From Amphiscolops sp. MND2022 (taxonomy: Eukaryota), in contig OZ076409.1 in the NCBI GenBank assembly GCA_964187785.1, forward strand, positions 79,238,001 to 79,302,000: a stretch of DNA of 64,000 nt. The letters are read 5' to 3'. The translations under genes and the position numbers were made by a program. This document shows, one piece after another, positions 13,861-24,936 of this stretch; the first letter of the stretch is position 1, and each line of letters begins with the position of its first letter. The notes under the pieces are model-generated. The model was not told the origin of the DNA. It searched no databases and saw nothing but the letters and a program-made list of their open reading frames with translations.

Positions 13861-15475
13861 TGTTTCTATTTCTTCCATATGTCATCTTCGTGAAATTTTT
13901 TAACTGAAGCTAAATTTTAAAAAAATATAGCTACGAGTGATTGTTGATGCATGAAAAAATGCAAGTTTGCCCGGTAATTGAGAAAAAGAAGAAAAACGTT
14001 CATTCCACAATTCCGCTGTGTGGTCGCCGAACAAGCAGTTCTGCTTTTCTAAGTCGGTGCCCTTTCGGATACTCACAACAGCAAGTTTTGGTATCATTGA
14101 GTGAAATTCCAACCTGATACCGCCCCGGTACAAGTCTAATGCTCAAACCACTACACCATTCTTCCCTCGAGTGAATTGTTGAAACAAAGTTTCATAGCTA
14201 CTTCCTAATATATTTTGGCTTTTCACCACATGAAAAAAATTTTTTTCTTATCTTTTCCATATAATGAATTCCGAATTCTTGAATTTGAAACTTTCCAGTT
14301 GTGAATATCAAGGTCATCTTTTATTTTTTGAGCCATTGAAAGATCAATTTTTTCTTGGACACAGAAATTTTTATGGAAAAAGACTCGTGGATTGTTGAAA
14401 TTATCCCTACTCGATTCTGATAATCGAAGGAAAAATCCCCAAAAGGGTTTCTCATTCATTGATCCATTTTTTCCAAATTGATTGTTTTCAAATTTTAATT
14501 GAGGTTTTAAAGAACGCCGTGCACAATTTTTTAGTCGCCATCCTTTCAAAATGGCGATGCATTAGTTCATTTGAATGAAGTCCGGAAATCTCTCAGAAGG
14601 TTATTTGTGCCCTTAGAGAGCAGTAAAAGACGTCTTCCTGAAACAACTTTTGTAAACATCAATCGATTTTCTTCTTCAAAGCATGCTTTTCAAGCATCCG
14701 TTCGAAAGTCTTTTATTTCAATTGCCGTTCTCGGACCATCTTCCAGCAAAGACCAAAAAACTGTTCGATTTTCCCTAATTTTCTGCTTCCTTGAAGCGTG
14801 AAGCTAGTAAAAAATCTCAAAAATGAAAAATTCACTTCGGCAAAAACACATGAATTTCGTGAAAACAAAACTTTTAATTATGAAAAAAAATTTGTTGAAC
14901 TCTTGTGACTGGATACTTTTGAAAAAAAATGACGAAGCAATCACAATACATTGTAGTCTAACCACATGAAACAGACAAAAGACACCTGAACGAAATCAAA
15001 AGAACGCAGTTAGTGTAATGAATTAATTTGTTCCTTTAGTAAAATCAAGTCTTCGCGCCAATTTCACGTTGTTCTCATCTTGTTTAATGTTTATATTTTG
15101 ATGCACGTTCCTGGCGTGACGTATGAAGCTATTTAAAGAAAGGAAAATAGTGGAAATCCACGAAACAAAATCTCCTGGGAAAAAACTTGAAGTTGGGATT
15201 TTTTAACCTCAACGCCTTCTCTCAAAGCTCAAAAGTTCAATTTATCCCATTATTCCTTCATAATCAATCAATTACCTTTTAATTCATCAAAAATTAGATT
15301 TGAAGAAAAAAGAAACGAAAGGTAAACTGAGCAAACACTTGCAATTAGCTTGGACTACAGAGCTCCAGGAATTTTAAATGCCGTTAGTGAATCCCGTAAA
15401 GGCTGAACTTGACGAAGTAATCTGGCAGATTTCGACGCCGTCAATCAACTAATTTTTGATACGCCTCGTTGAAAT

Positions 15476-15689
15476 GGAGCTAGTCTAACAAGCAGACCAA
15501 CCATTAAGAAGACCAACCAATAAGCAGACCAGTGAATTAAAACATTGTCCCTGATCTTAATTTCAGCCGCATACATGTACTTAAATTCTCTGTGAACACG
15601 AATTTGACCAATCAAATTAATCGAAACTGCTCATTAGCACGAATAATACTTTTATGCTATTTGACTGGTCTGCTTGTTAGACGCACTCC
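15476..15689. mobile_element. MITE, Mutator-like (214 bp)
   Basis: 24-bp TIRs GGAGCTAGTCTAACAAGCAGACCA / TGGTCTGCTTGTTAGACGCACTCC (21/24). Perfect 9-bp TSD CGTTGAAAT at 15467-15475 and 15690-15698. Confidence 0.85.
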
Positions 15690-16943
15690 CGTTGAAATAC
15701 ATGTAGCTCATTACCACGAATGCAAATTGATGTTCGCTGAATCGTATGCATAATTAGATTTCTTGGCCTTACCCACTTTGTAAAATATTCAAATTCGGTA
15801 CTTCCTTAGTGACAGGTACATTTTTGCGCCAAATAAAATCATGTTATACTGATGAAGTTTAAATATATCTAGTGAAATAGGTTAGACGCATATTTTTAGC
15901 ACAGTGTTCATTACCTAGACCTTCTGAAATTGAATAAAAAAGATGACAATCCTTTCATAATTGGAAGTGCCCCAAAGTAAAGTTAGAAGACTTGGAACAT
16001 GCCCCATTTATTGCTTTGAAAGGGTCTTGAACTGATAAGCCGACTTTTATCGAAACGTTAGCAGGCTGCATGAATTTTTTCCAAACAGAGCCAAATGGTA
16101 CAGGAAAAATTCGGAAAAACTATTATGCAGGGGCCTTGAAACTCCTGTTTTTTGTGATGAATATTTTTGTTTCCACGCACCTTGTAAAAAGTTATTGTAG
16201 CTTTGACTCGGACACATTCTTGAAAATTTCATTTTTGCACTGCTAATATTAGTGTATGGATTCTTCAATCATTTTGGCGGCACGCTCAATTTCTTTGAAG
16301 TGCACAACTTTTGTGAATTCTTGAAAACACATTTTGGTAGGTGCGAAAACCAACTTTCCGCAATTCTTGAAAAAAATCGAAACTTCCCCGATTGGCGTCG
16401 TAATGCCCTTGAATTATCAATTTAGAAGAAGAACTCACAGAAAAGAAATTCAAGTCACAATTGTGCAGATGAATTTTTTTTTAAAATCTCAAACCCCAAC
16501 AACAATCCCACCACCGCTGATAAAATTTGAACATTCCATCTGTTTTAGTGACCAATGTGGATTCCCATCGCGTCATATCATTATGTACAATTCTGTCATT
16601 CTTATTGATTGCCCAATAAATCAACACATTTCTGCGCTGTTTTTGCCATGTATCCTTGCGCTGATAAACCACATCAAAGTGTGTTACTTTGGTTTTTCCC
16701 CCTTTTCAATGAAAAAATGTAAAAATGCAACTGAGCAAAAGCCAATGGGACTGCGTGGGACTTGTTAGGTTTTACCCCTCATAAACGTGATTTTCCAGTC
16801 AAAGGTTCCAATCAAAGAGTATCTTATCAGATATTAGATGAAGTAATTGCAAGTTAATAAGGAGAATTCATGATTTTAAACTATTCGATAGTCTGCTTGT
16901 CCCAAAGGTGGTAAGTAACTATGGGGAACAGTTGCATCACGGG

Positions 16944-18471
16944 TGTCCCAGGCGTCCGCCTGTGATGGAAATCTCTATTCAATTAGTCACAACTACAAGA
17001 AGGCGCAGCCCAACACCCTCCCACTGAATTAAGTCTTACAAGCAAAACTATATTTGTTGCCTTAAAAGTCATGTAAAATCTTATATTTTATTTTATACGA
17101 TTTATACTAAGTAATCACAAGTAAAATTGTAGTACAGGCGCTAATAATATGTATGGGAGTTAATTGGACACCAAGGCGTACAGGTAAAGGAAACGCGTTC
17201 AAATGTTTCCTCGCCTGTCGCCTTGGTCCGCGAGTCCGATTAACTCGTCAGCCAATCACAGTGCAGTATTATTTATCTTTATTTGCTGCTATACTATATC
17301 GGTAGATTAAAGGACTGGATGGCTATATGCCGCCAGTCAACAAAGCGGTAGTCCGCTCTAGTACATTGGACACTGAGTCCACTTTTGAATTAAAAGCGCT
17401 GTATAATTATTGGTACTGACTACATGATCTCTAGTGTTTTGATTATTTATGAAATGTACTATTAGCCCCTAAGGGACTCATGAACGATATTAGATATGTA
17501 TTGTGGGTGCAATTCATATAATTCATGCAATAAGCGTTGCGTTGAAAAACATGTACAGTGTTCTGTTTTATATTGTTGCTTGTCCTTACGGACTCACAGG
17601 CTTCCCGCCTACTCTAGCGGTCGGAAGGCCCTTTGATGTGTATAACGTCACGATGATGCTAGTTACTATTTATAGCGTTTGGCTATATTTAGAAAGTCCT
17701 TATGGCTATTTTTAGAATATGATCATCATTTTATTGAGTGTCATGTAGATTCAAATATATATAACCGGGACTGGTGGTCCCGGGGACAGAATTATCCTGA
17801 TGATACTTTGATACGTTACTGTTGCGTTACTGTTGCGAATTGTTTATTAAAACTACCCGTTCATTTTCACTTTGCAAGCCCAAGATATTAATTAAATTCT
17901 TGCCTCTTGCAATAATCTCTTATGCCTTCTACTAGACGTCAAAAGGCCAAAGCTAGGAGATCTAGAGAAATGGACATGCTGTCCGACTACGATAACCTAG
18001 ACGTGATGTTGGAAAATGAAAATAATAATCCCATTGAAAGAGAACTAGCCGAAGCGATAGATCAGTCGTCGGCCCACGGGGACGATGATACAAACGTGTA
18101 CCATGAAAATGAGTTTAGAGATTACTTACATGAAAATGAACCTTTGAGGCAAAATGAAGTCAGGCAATCCTTTGAGGCCTTTTCAAGTGAGTTTAATCTT
18201 AGATTGTCTCAAGAAATGGAATCTATGGTGTCAATAATGCATAGCCAAATAAATAGGGCTATAACAACAGCTATAGCTGAAAGAGTTATTCCAGAAATCC
18301 AGAATATCGCGAACTCGATGTCTTCTATGGGACACAGGGACACTGAGGCCAGTTCGTCCCCAAATAGTCAGGAGAACAGGGAAAGCGCACCCGGGCCTAA
18401 AATAAAAATTGCAAAGAAAGATTCAAGATCTGTAGGCGACTTAAGAGATACCATGAGTCATGGTTCTTACA
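16944..18471 (+). repeat. 5' LTR of element B (1528 bp)
   Basis: TGTCCC...CTTACA. Matches 30906-32434 with about 5 substitutions and one 1-bp indel seen by eye. Confidence 0.97.
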
Positions 18472-19610
18472 TGGTGACAGGAGCTACCGACACCCAACCG
18501 CAAATTCCCGAATTCCTGACCGGACGAATCCACTCAATCCCGAACCTAGAGAGACAACAATCCACACACAACATCTCTCTGGACACGACTCTGCCAGCCC
18601 CGGCCCCAGAGGCTCCTGAACCTCCTCAGGACCCGTTTAATAGATTAGCCGACGTATTGGTCAATTTGCAAAACAAACCGCGATCTATGACCATCAGACC
18701 CGTACAAACAACCCCGATGACATTTGATGGGAAAAGTGAAAAATTTGAGCTCTTTGAGGACTTGTTCCATACGATGATCAAAATGCAGCCCACAATGACA
18801 GAACAAATGAAAATTAATCACTTTCATTCTTTGCTACGAAAGGGAGCATTACAGACATTCAGGAACATAAACTCAATCAACCGTCAAACTCTCGAGGACG
18901 TACTGGTCATATTCCGGAGGAAATATGTCAAACCGGAATCACAAACAACGGCAAAGCATAAATGGCACCGATTGACCTTCGATCCAAGTACAATGAAACT
19001 ACCAGACTTCTTGGAAGAACTGAACCAAGGTGCAGAAAAAGCATTTGGGGAAAACGCTAAAAGCATGATTGACAGCTTGTTATACGCGAAATTACCCTCA
19101 AAACTGAAACGATCTGTCAACATGGCCCGTCTGGAGAACGGGACGTATGAAGAAATAGTCGCTCATCTTGAAAGAGAACTGGAACTCAATGCATTAGAAG
19201 AGTCAGATGATCTGCCAATGGCCACTATGGCCTCGGCGTCCACGAGCCATAACAATTTACTGTCCAATGGCATCAACACAAATAAAGACGCCCAATGCTC
19301 ATACTGCAAGGCGACGGGTCACTATTACAAAAACTGCCCGAAACTCAAGAAGAAAAAGGAAACGGAGGACAAAGACGGTAAAAAACCTCAGCGTCCAACT
19401 TACCCACGGTGTGACACATGTGGCAAAAAGAACCACCCAACCGAAAGGTGCTGGCAAGGCGCCGGCGCCCACCTGCGACCCAAAAGGATGCAGACAGAAC
19501 AAAATGACCGAAATGCTATAGACTCCGAAGGAAAGCCTAAAAAAGCAAATGACCCAGAAACGGCTACTTCAAGCCAACCCAATACTAAAAAATCTGATTC
19601 AAAAAACTAA
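17922..19610 (+). CDS. gag: Gag of element B (562 aa)
   Basis: PMTFDGKSEKFELFEDLF capsid-like segment; zinc knuckles CSYCKATGHYYKNC and CDTCGKKNHPTERC. Starts inside the 5' LTR. Confidence 0.95.
   Translation: MPSTRRQKAKARRSREMDMLSDYDNLDVMLENENNNPIERELAEAIDQSSAHGDDDTNVYHENEFRDYLHENEPLRQNEVRQSFEAFSSEFNLRLSQEMESMVSIMHSQINRAITTAIAERVIPEIQNIANSMSSMGHRDTEASSSPNSQENRESAPGPKIKIAKKDSRSVGDLRDTMSHGSYMVTGATDTQPQIPEFLTGRIHSIPNLERQQSTHNISLDTTLPAPAPEAPEPPQDPFNRLADVLVNLQNKPRSMTIRPVQTTPMTFDGKSEKFELFEDLFHTMIKMQPTMTEQMKINHFHSLLRKGALQTFRNINSINRQTLEDVLVIFRRKYVKPESQTTAKHKWHRLTFDPSTMKLPDFLEELNQGAEKAFGENAKSMIDSLLYAKLPSKLKRSVNMARLENGTYEEIVAHLERELELNALEESDDLPMATMASASTSHNNLLSNGINTNKDAQCSYCKATGHYYKNCPKLKKKKETEDKDGKKPQRPTYPRCDTCGKKNHPTERCWQGAGAHLRPKRMQTEQNDRNAIDSEGKPKKANDPETATSSQPNTKKSDSKN
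18472..18484 (+). promoter_or_regulatory. Primer binding site TGGTGACAGGAGC (possibly tRNA-Leu)
   Basis: Begins directly after LTR-terminal CA; the same 13 nt follow the 5' LTR of element D. tRNA identity is inferred. Confidence 0.8.
19601..19607 (+). promoter_or_regulatory. -1 ribosomal frameshift slippery heptamer A AAA AAC
   Basis: X XXY YYZ in the gag frame immediately before gag TAA; pol lies in the -1 frame. Confidence 0.8.
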
Positions 19611-19612
19611 TT

Positions 19613-22600
19613 TTGCCACGACTCCAAATACATGACTATATGTCGGTTCGACAATATGTCATTTCAGATCCTCCAATAATCAAATACAGCCAAACAATCA
19701 AGGATACAAAAGGAATTCCCACTGTTGTCTGGCAGCAACAGATGGAACAAGCATATATCCGAACATATAAAATAGTACATAATGATCGCCCAGACCGATT
19801 TTACGAAATCGACTATACTAAAGACTTCGAGACCCAATTCCGTCCCTTACCCTTGATCGAAGATTATCACCCTCAATACCCCGATCCTGATTACGGCAAA
19901 GACCCGTATTGGGACGACGAACTCTACGACAGACAAAAACTCCAGTTTAGACAAGACGAATATCCACCAACGGACGACGAGGACGATCCCCCGATAGTGG
20001 ACAACAAACTATCCAGGGCCCTCATTGAACTTTGGCAGCCAAATTCCGAAGCACTTTTAGAAGAAATAGAGGAAACTCAAGAGCAAGAAGACTTTCAAGG
20101 CCCCGACAGCCTTTTAGACGAAACAGCCTTCTTGCACATCCTAGTGGAAAAACAAGGAGAACCGTCATACGTTCCCCTCTCCACCAACCTTGGCCTCAAA
20201 ATCAAAAGGCGGATGCTATATTTCCCAATGGACTTTGGAGAACTAACATTAGATGGTCTCATAGACACTGGGGCCCACTCCAGCGCGATACCAGAAGCTG
20301 ACCTTAGGAAAATACGGCTACTTGCACCCCAATCAATAGTGAAAGAGGGTCCTGCCCCGTCATTCCAAATTATGGTCGCAAATGGAGACCTGGAAACTCC
20401 GAAGAGTACAGTAGAACTGAAGTTCGAAGTAGGGGACATAGAGTTCCACGAAATCTTCATAGTGATGGAAAAATTATCCAGCCCCATAATTGGACTTATG
20501 TTCTTACAAAGAAACCACACAGTCCTAGATATGCGCCAAGGCATACTTAACTTCCCCTTCTTCTCGATGCAATTGAAAACAGCTGACCATAAGTACTCCA
20601 ATGTAATGGAACCTATCCTCAACCCCGAGGATATAACGATTCCGCCAAATGGACGTACAATCATCCCTATCCAATCTCAAATTTATGCAGAAAACGCTGT
20701 CACTGGAATCTTACAACCCAGTGACCTTCTAAACGAAGAAAATGATATAACATTTTGTGCCGCCATAGTCACACTGGACGAAGGGACTACGAGGATCCAT
20801 GTCAACAACTTCACAGACCAGCCCTTTAAACTCAAAAAAGGGATGCACATAGCGAATTTCTCAGTGATGACTCCAGAGCAAATGAAACATGTTAGGCCAA
20901 TAGACCCAGTGTCCACTTGGCACCTACTCAATGAAAATGAAGAAGATGCTATTTATTATATCAGCAGCCTTCTCAAAGCCAACAGGAACAATGACCAATA
21001 CGAACAATACTGGTTTCCAACACCCGAAAACCCAGGGGACGAAGAGTCCCATACTCCAATACAAAAGAGAATTCTTAGAGAATTACGAAACCTGCAAGAA
21101 GCAGAAAAACTGAATCCACAAGACAATGAAGAATCTCGACAAAAATTCCTCAGTAACTTTGACTGGAAGGACTCAATGCTACAACAGCATGAAATCAAAC
21201 AGATAGAAGCGCTATTAGTCGAATTTCACGACATATTTGCCCGTCATAGGTTTGACATTGGTATGAATGAGGAGTTCACGGTCAAATTGACCCCGAAGGA
21301 CGACTCTCCTGCCTACAGCCAGAGCTTACCAACTCCGGTCAATTTAAAAGAGGACATATTGGTCGAATTAGCGTCACTACACAAATATGGTATTATAACA
21401 ACATTACCATTCTCAAAGTACGCTAGCCCTATCTTTGCACAAAAGAAGTCTAATGGGAAACTGCGACTACTGGTAGACCTCCGGAAGATCAACAATCTCA
21501 TTTCTGATGACTATATCAACAACAACCATCCAGTCAGCACCTTAACGGACGCTGCACAACATATGGCCGGAAAGAAACTTTTCTGTAAGCTTGACTGTTC
21601 GCAAGCGTACCATTGCCTTCAAATGGCGGACCAACGGTCTATAGAGATGTTGGCCTTCAACTTTGCCAGCCGAACGTTTGCATGTCGAAGATTGGCCCAA
21701 GGTCTCAGTAGAGCCTTATCGGCATTCTCCAGTTTTATGAGAGAATATTTGGACCGTGTCATCAAAGCCGATCAATGTGCCCAATACGTGGATGATATTG
21801 GCATCGCGGCTAACGACGCTGAGCATCTCATTAAAAATCTCAGAGCAACTTTCGAATGCATCCGAGAGGCTGGATTGAAATTAACGATGCATAAATGCCA
21901 CTTCGGAGCAACTGAGATTGATTTCTTAGGAAGGACAATCACCCCTGAGGGTGTCAAGCCCCAGAAGGAACGAGTCATACAATTCCTAGAAAAAACGAAA
22001 TTCCCAAAATCCAAAAAAGCCTTACAACGTTACCTCGGATTCCTTAATTATTATAGAAACTACACACCGAGGTTATCAGAAAAATTAGTCCCTTTCTTTC
22101 AACTATTAAAGAAGGACGAAAAGGTCTTAGTCACAACGGAATTGATTGAACAATTCAACGAGATCAATAGAGATTTGGACAGATGCACCCAGCTAGCCCT
22201 GAGGCAGCCCTTGCCAAATCGACAGCTAGTCCTGATGACAGATGCTAGCTTCACAGCAGCCGGATATGCTATACTTACTGAAGATGATCCAAATCAGAAA
22301 TTTACCTCAGTCAAGAAATCCTATGCGCCTATTGCATATTGTTCAAAAACTTTTACTCCTTCACAGCTTAAAATGTCAATTTATGCGAAGGAATTTTTAG
22401 CCATCTATTACGCCTTCAAAGAATTTGGACATATATTCTGGGGCACACCTAAGCCGGTGATTATCCTCACAGACAACAAATCGGTCACAAGGTTCTTCCA
22501 GACTAAAATAATACCGCCGCCATTATGGAACGCGTGTGACTTTGTTATTCAGTTCAATTTCACTATAGCGCACATTCCAGGCAAAAACAACACAGCGGCG

Positions 22601-24699
22601 GACTACCTGTCCCGCATGGAAATGGACCCCACTGAAAAGTTAGTCCTAAAAATCCGAGCGGACGTTGAAACCCAACCTATTGAAATTAATGTCCAATCAG
22701 CCGGCGTGTCTGAAGAAGAACAAGTGTTCTTTACAGAAGAAGACAATGAAACAGAAGAACAAATTTGGGAAAGGAAAAAACAATCAAAAGCAGGACTCAA
22801 GGTCGATGAGACCGTCATTCAAATCGATACCATATCTGAAAATGTAGTAGATGAAATTACCAATTTCACTCAGAAACTACGCAGAACCAACCAAATACTA
22901 CTAGAACAATCCAAAGATCCGATTTTGCTTCATTTAAAAGCAAAAATTCAAAATGAAGAATACTCTGAAGAAATCCTTCAACAGGACATTCGGTATAAAC
23001 ATTATTTAAATAACTTAGACCGTATAGTCCTCAAGGACGAAATAGTGACCCGACAGTATTACGACGAAACGGGACAAATCAAATACCACCAAATCTTACT
23101 GCCAAAGCACCTGTTGAAAGAACTACTGCAAGCAATACATGGCACGGCACATCGACATCCAGGCATCTCTAAAATGCTGCAAGAGATCCGCCAAAAATAC
23201 TACTACCCTGGCATAGCAAAATACGTTAAAAAATGGGTAGAAGGCTGCGAAACGTGCGCTAGAGACAAAAGAGTCCCAAATAATACAATTACACCAGAAT
23301 TGTTAAACTTGCCCGAATGGGACCTTGGTCCAGAAGATGCCATGCAGATAGACTTATTACCAAACTTACCGACTAGTGGCGGATACCAGACGGTGATGAC
23401 GGCTATAGATGTATTCTCAAGATACTTATTCGCCTACCCGCTAATTGAGGCAACAGCCACGAATGTAGCCAAGGTGATAATTGATATCATGACGAAACAT
23501 TCATATTTACCAACAACTCTCATCACAGACAAAGAGTCCGCATTTACATCGACCATCATAGCTGAGATAACTCAAATTTTGGGTATAACACTCAAATGTG
23601 CTACTACAAAGCACCCGCAAACAATTGGCAAACTCGAAAGGACCATGCCTCACTCAAAACAAATTTGAAAATGGCCTCAGGGGAATATCGACGCCAATGG
23701 CATAAATATTTACCATTAGCAGTACTCAACTACAATACCACATACCACTCTAGTATTGGATGTGAACCGAGTAAAGTCTTCCACGGCCGGATTCCCTATA
23801 ACGTCCTAGACCACAAATTGGGAAATAACCCCAATAAAAATTTTCTGCCAACTACAGAATTTGCGGAGGAAGTACAGCAGAGGACACAAATCCTCATAGA
23901 TCAAACAAAAAAGAACATAATGCAGTCTTATTTGAAATATAAAGACTATTACGACCGAAAGGCAAAAGCTGCCCCGCTTAAAGAAAAGGATTATTGTTTT
24001 GTTCTACAACCTAAAGCGGACAGTCAGGGGTCAAAAATTCCATTCAAGGAATACAGGTGGATTGGACCATTCGTCATTCAAAAAGTACTGTCCAACGACA
24101 ATTATATTGTCCGTCGTCTAAATACAAATAAAACCCAAATACTTCATCGCATTAGACTAAAGAAATTCGTACCGAACGCCCCCTTAGAGGACAAATATGA
24201 TGGCGAAAAACTACAACCTGATAATGAGATAGTAATACCGCAAGACGACTTGTACACTATCTCATGGGAAGTAGATTTTGAGTACGACTTATTTGAACCG
24301 AGAAAGGAAAATTGGACCGACGTGGCCACACGCCGGCCGACGGACGCCGAGTGCAGTAATGCGGACAATTACATCACCGAGAACGAACGCGCAAGCAATG
24401 AAAGTTACAACGAGCGCACGACAGAATATGACGTTACCTAGAACGAAATATCCCCGAGAGAGAACAATAGCAGTGACGAACCGTCCCCGCCGAATGAAAC
24501 GCCAAATGGGACTGAGAATGAAAATGACGTCACTAATGATTTAAAAGATACGGAAAACGTTTCAAACACAGGCGCAGATATTACCGTGCCCGGAATATCG
24601 GAACGAGGAAATTCAAATGAAAATTCGAGCCCTAGAGGAGGGAAATACAATCTTCGACCTAACCCAACCCCCAACTTTACTGATGAATACAGATACTAG
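19613..24699 (+). CDS. pol: Pol of element B (PR, dUTPase-like segment, RT, RNase H, IN) with a frameshift at ~23644 and a TAG at 24439
   Basis: LIDTGA, QYVDD, LMTDAS, ILTDNK, H..H..CETC, QIDLL, ITDK, GKLERT. Integrase continues in ORF 23596-24441 (HASLKTNLK..WIGPF) and, past TAG, to GGKYNLRPNPTPNFTDEYRY* at 24699. Confidence 0.95.
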
Positions 24700-24936
24700 C
24701 CAGAAAACTTGAATTACCAGTCCCTTTATTTCTCTACTAGTCCATGGGGACATTTATTTTTACTTGGGACTGCTCTGACTAATCTTTTACTTTTTACTTG
24801 AAACATATATATACAACAAAACAGACTCAGTGGCCAATAATACAAGGCCACGCAAATAAAGCAAAGAAAAAAGAAATAAATACAAAGCAGTTTACAACAA
24901 TTACAGAGTCTAGAAACAAATGTACTCTTTGTACAT

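Noticed and set aside
13060..14170. tRNA-like boxes (GGTTCGAGTCCC at ~13113; TGGTGTAGTGG on minus at ~14150)
   Set aside because: No complete cloverleaf; at most decayed SINE fragments.
17503..17891. Two 70-aa ORFs repeated at 31465-31853
   Set aside because: Repeated only because they lie in the LTRs; non-ATG starts and no motifs.
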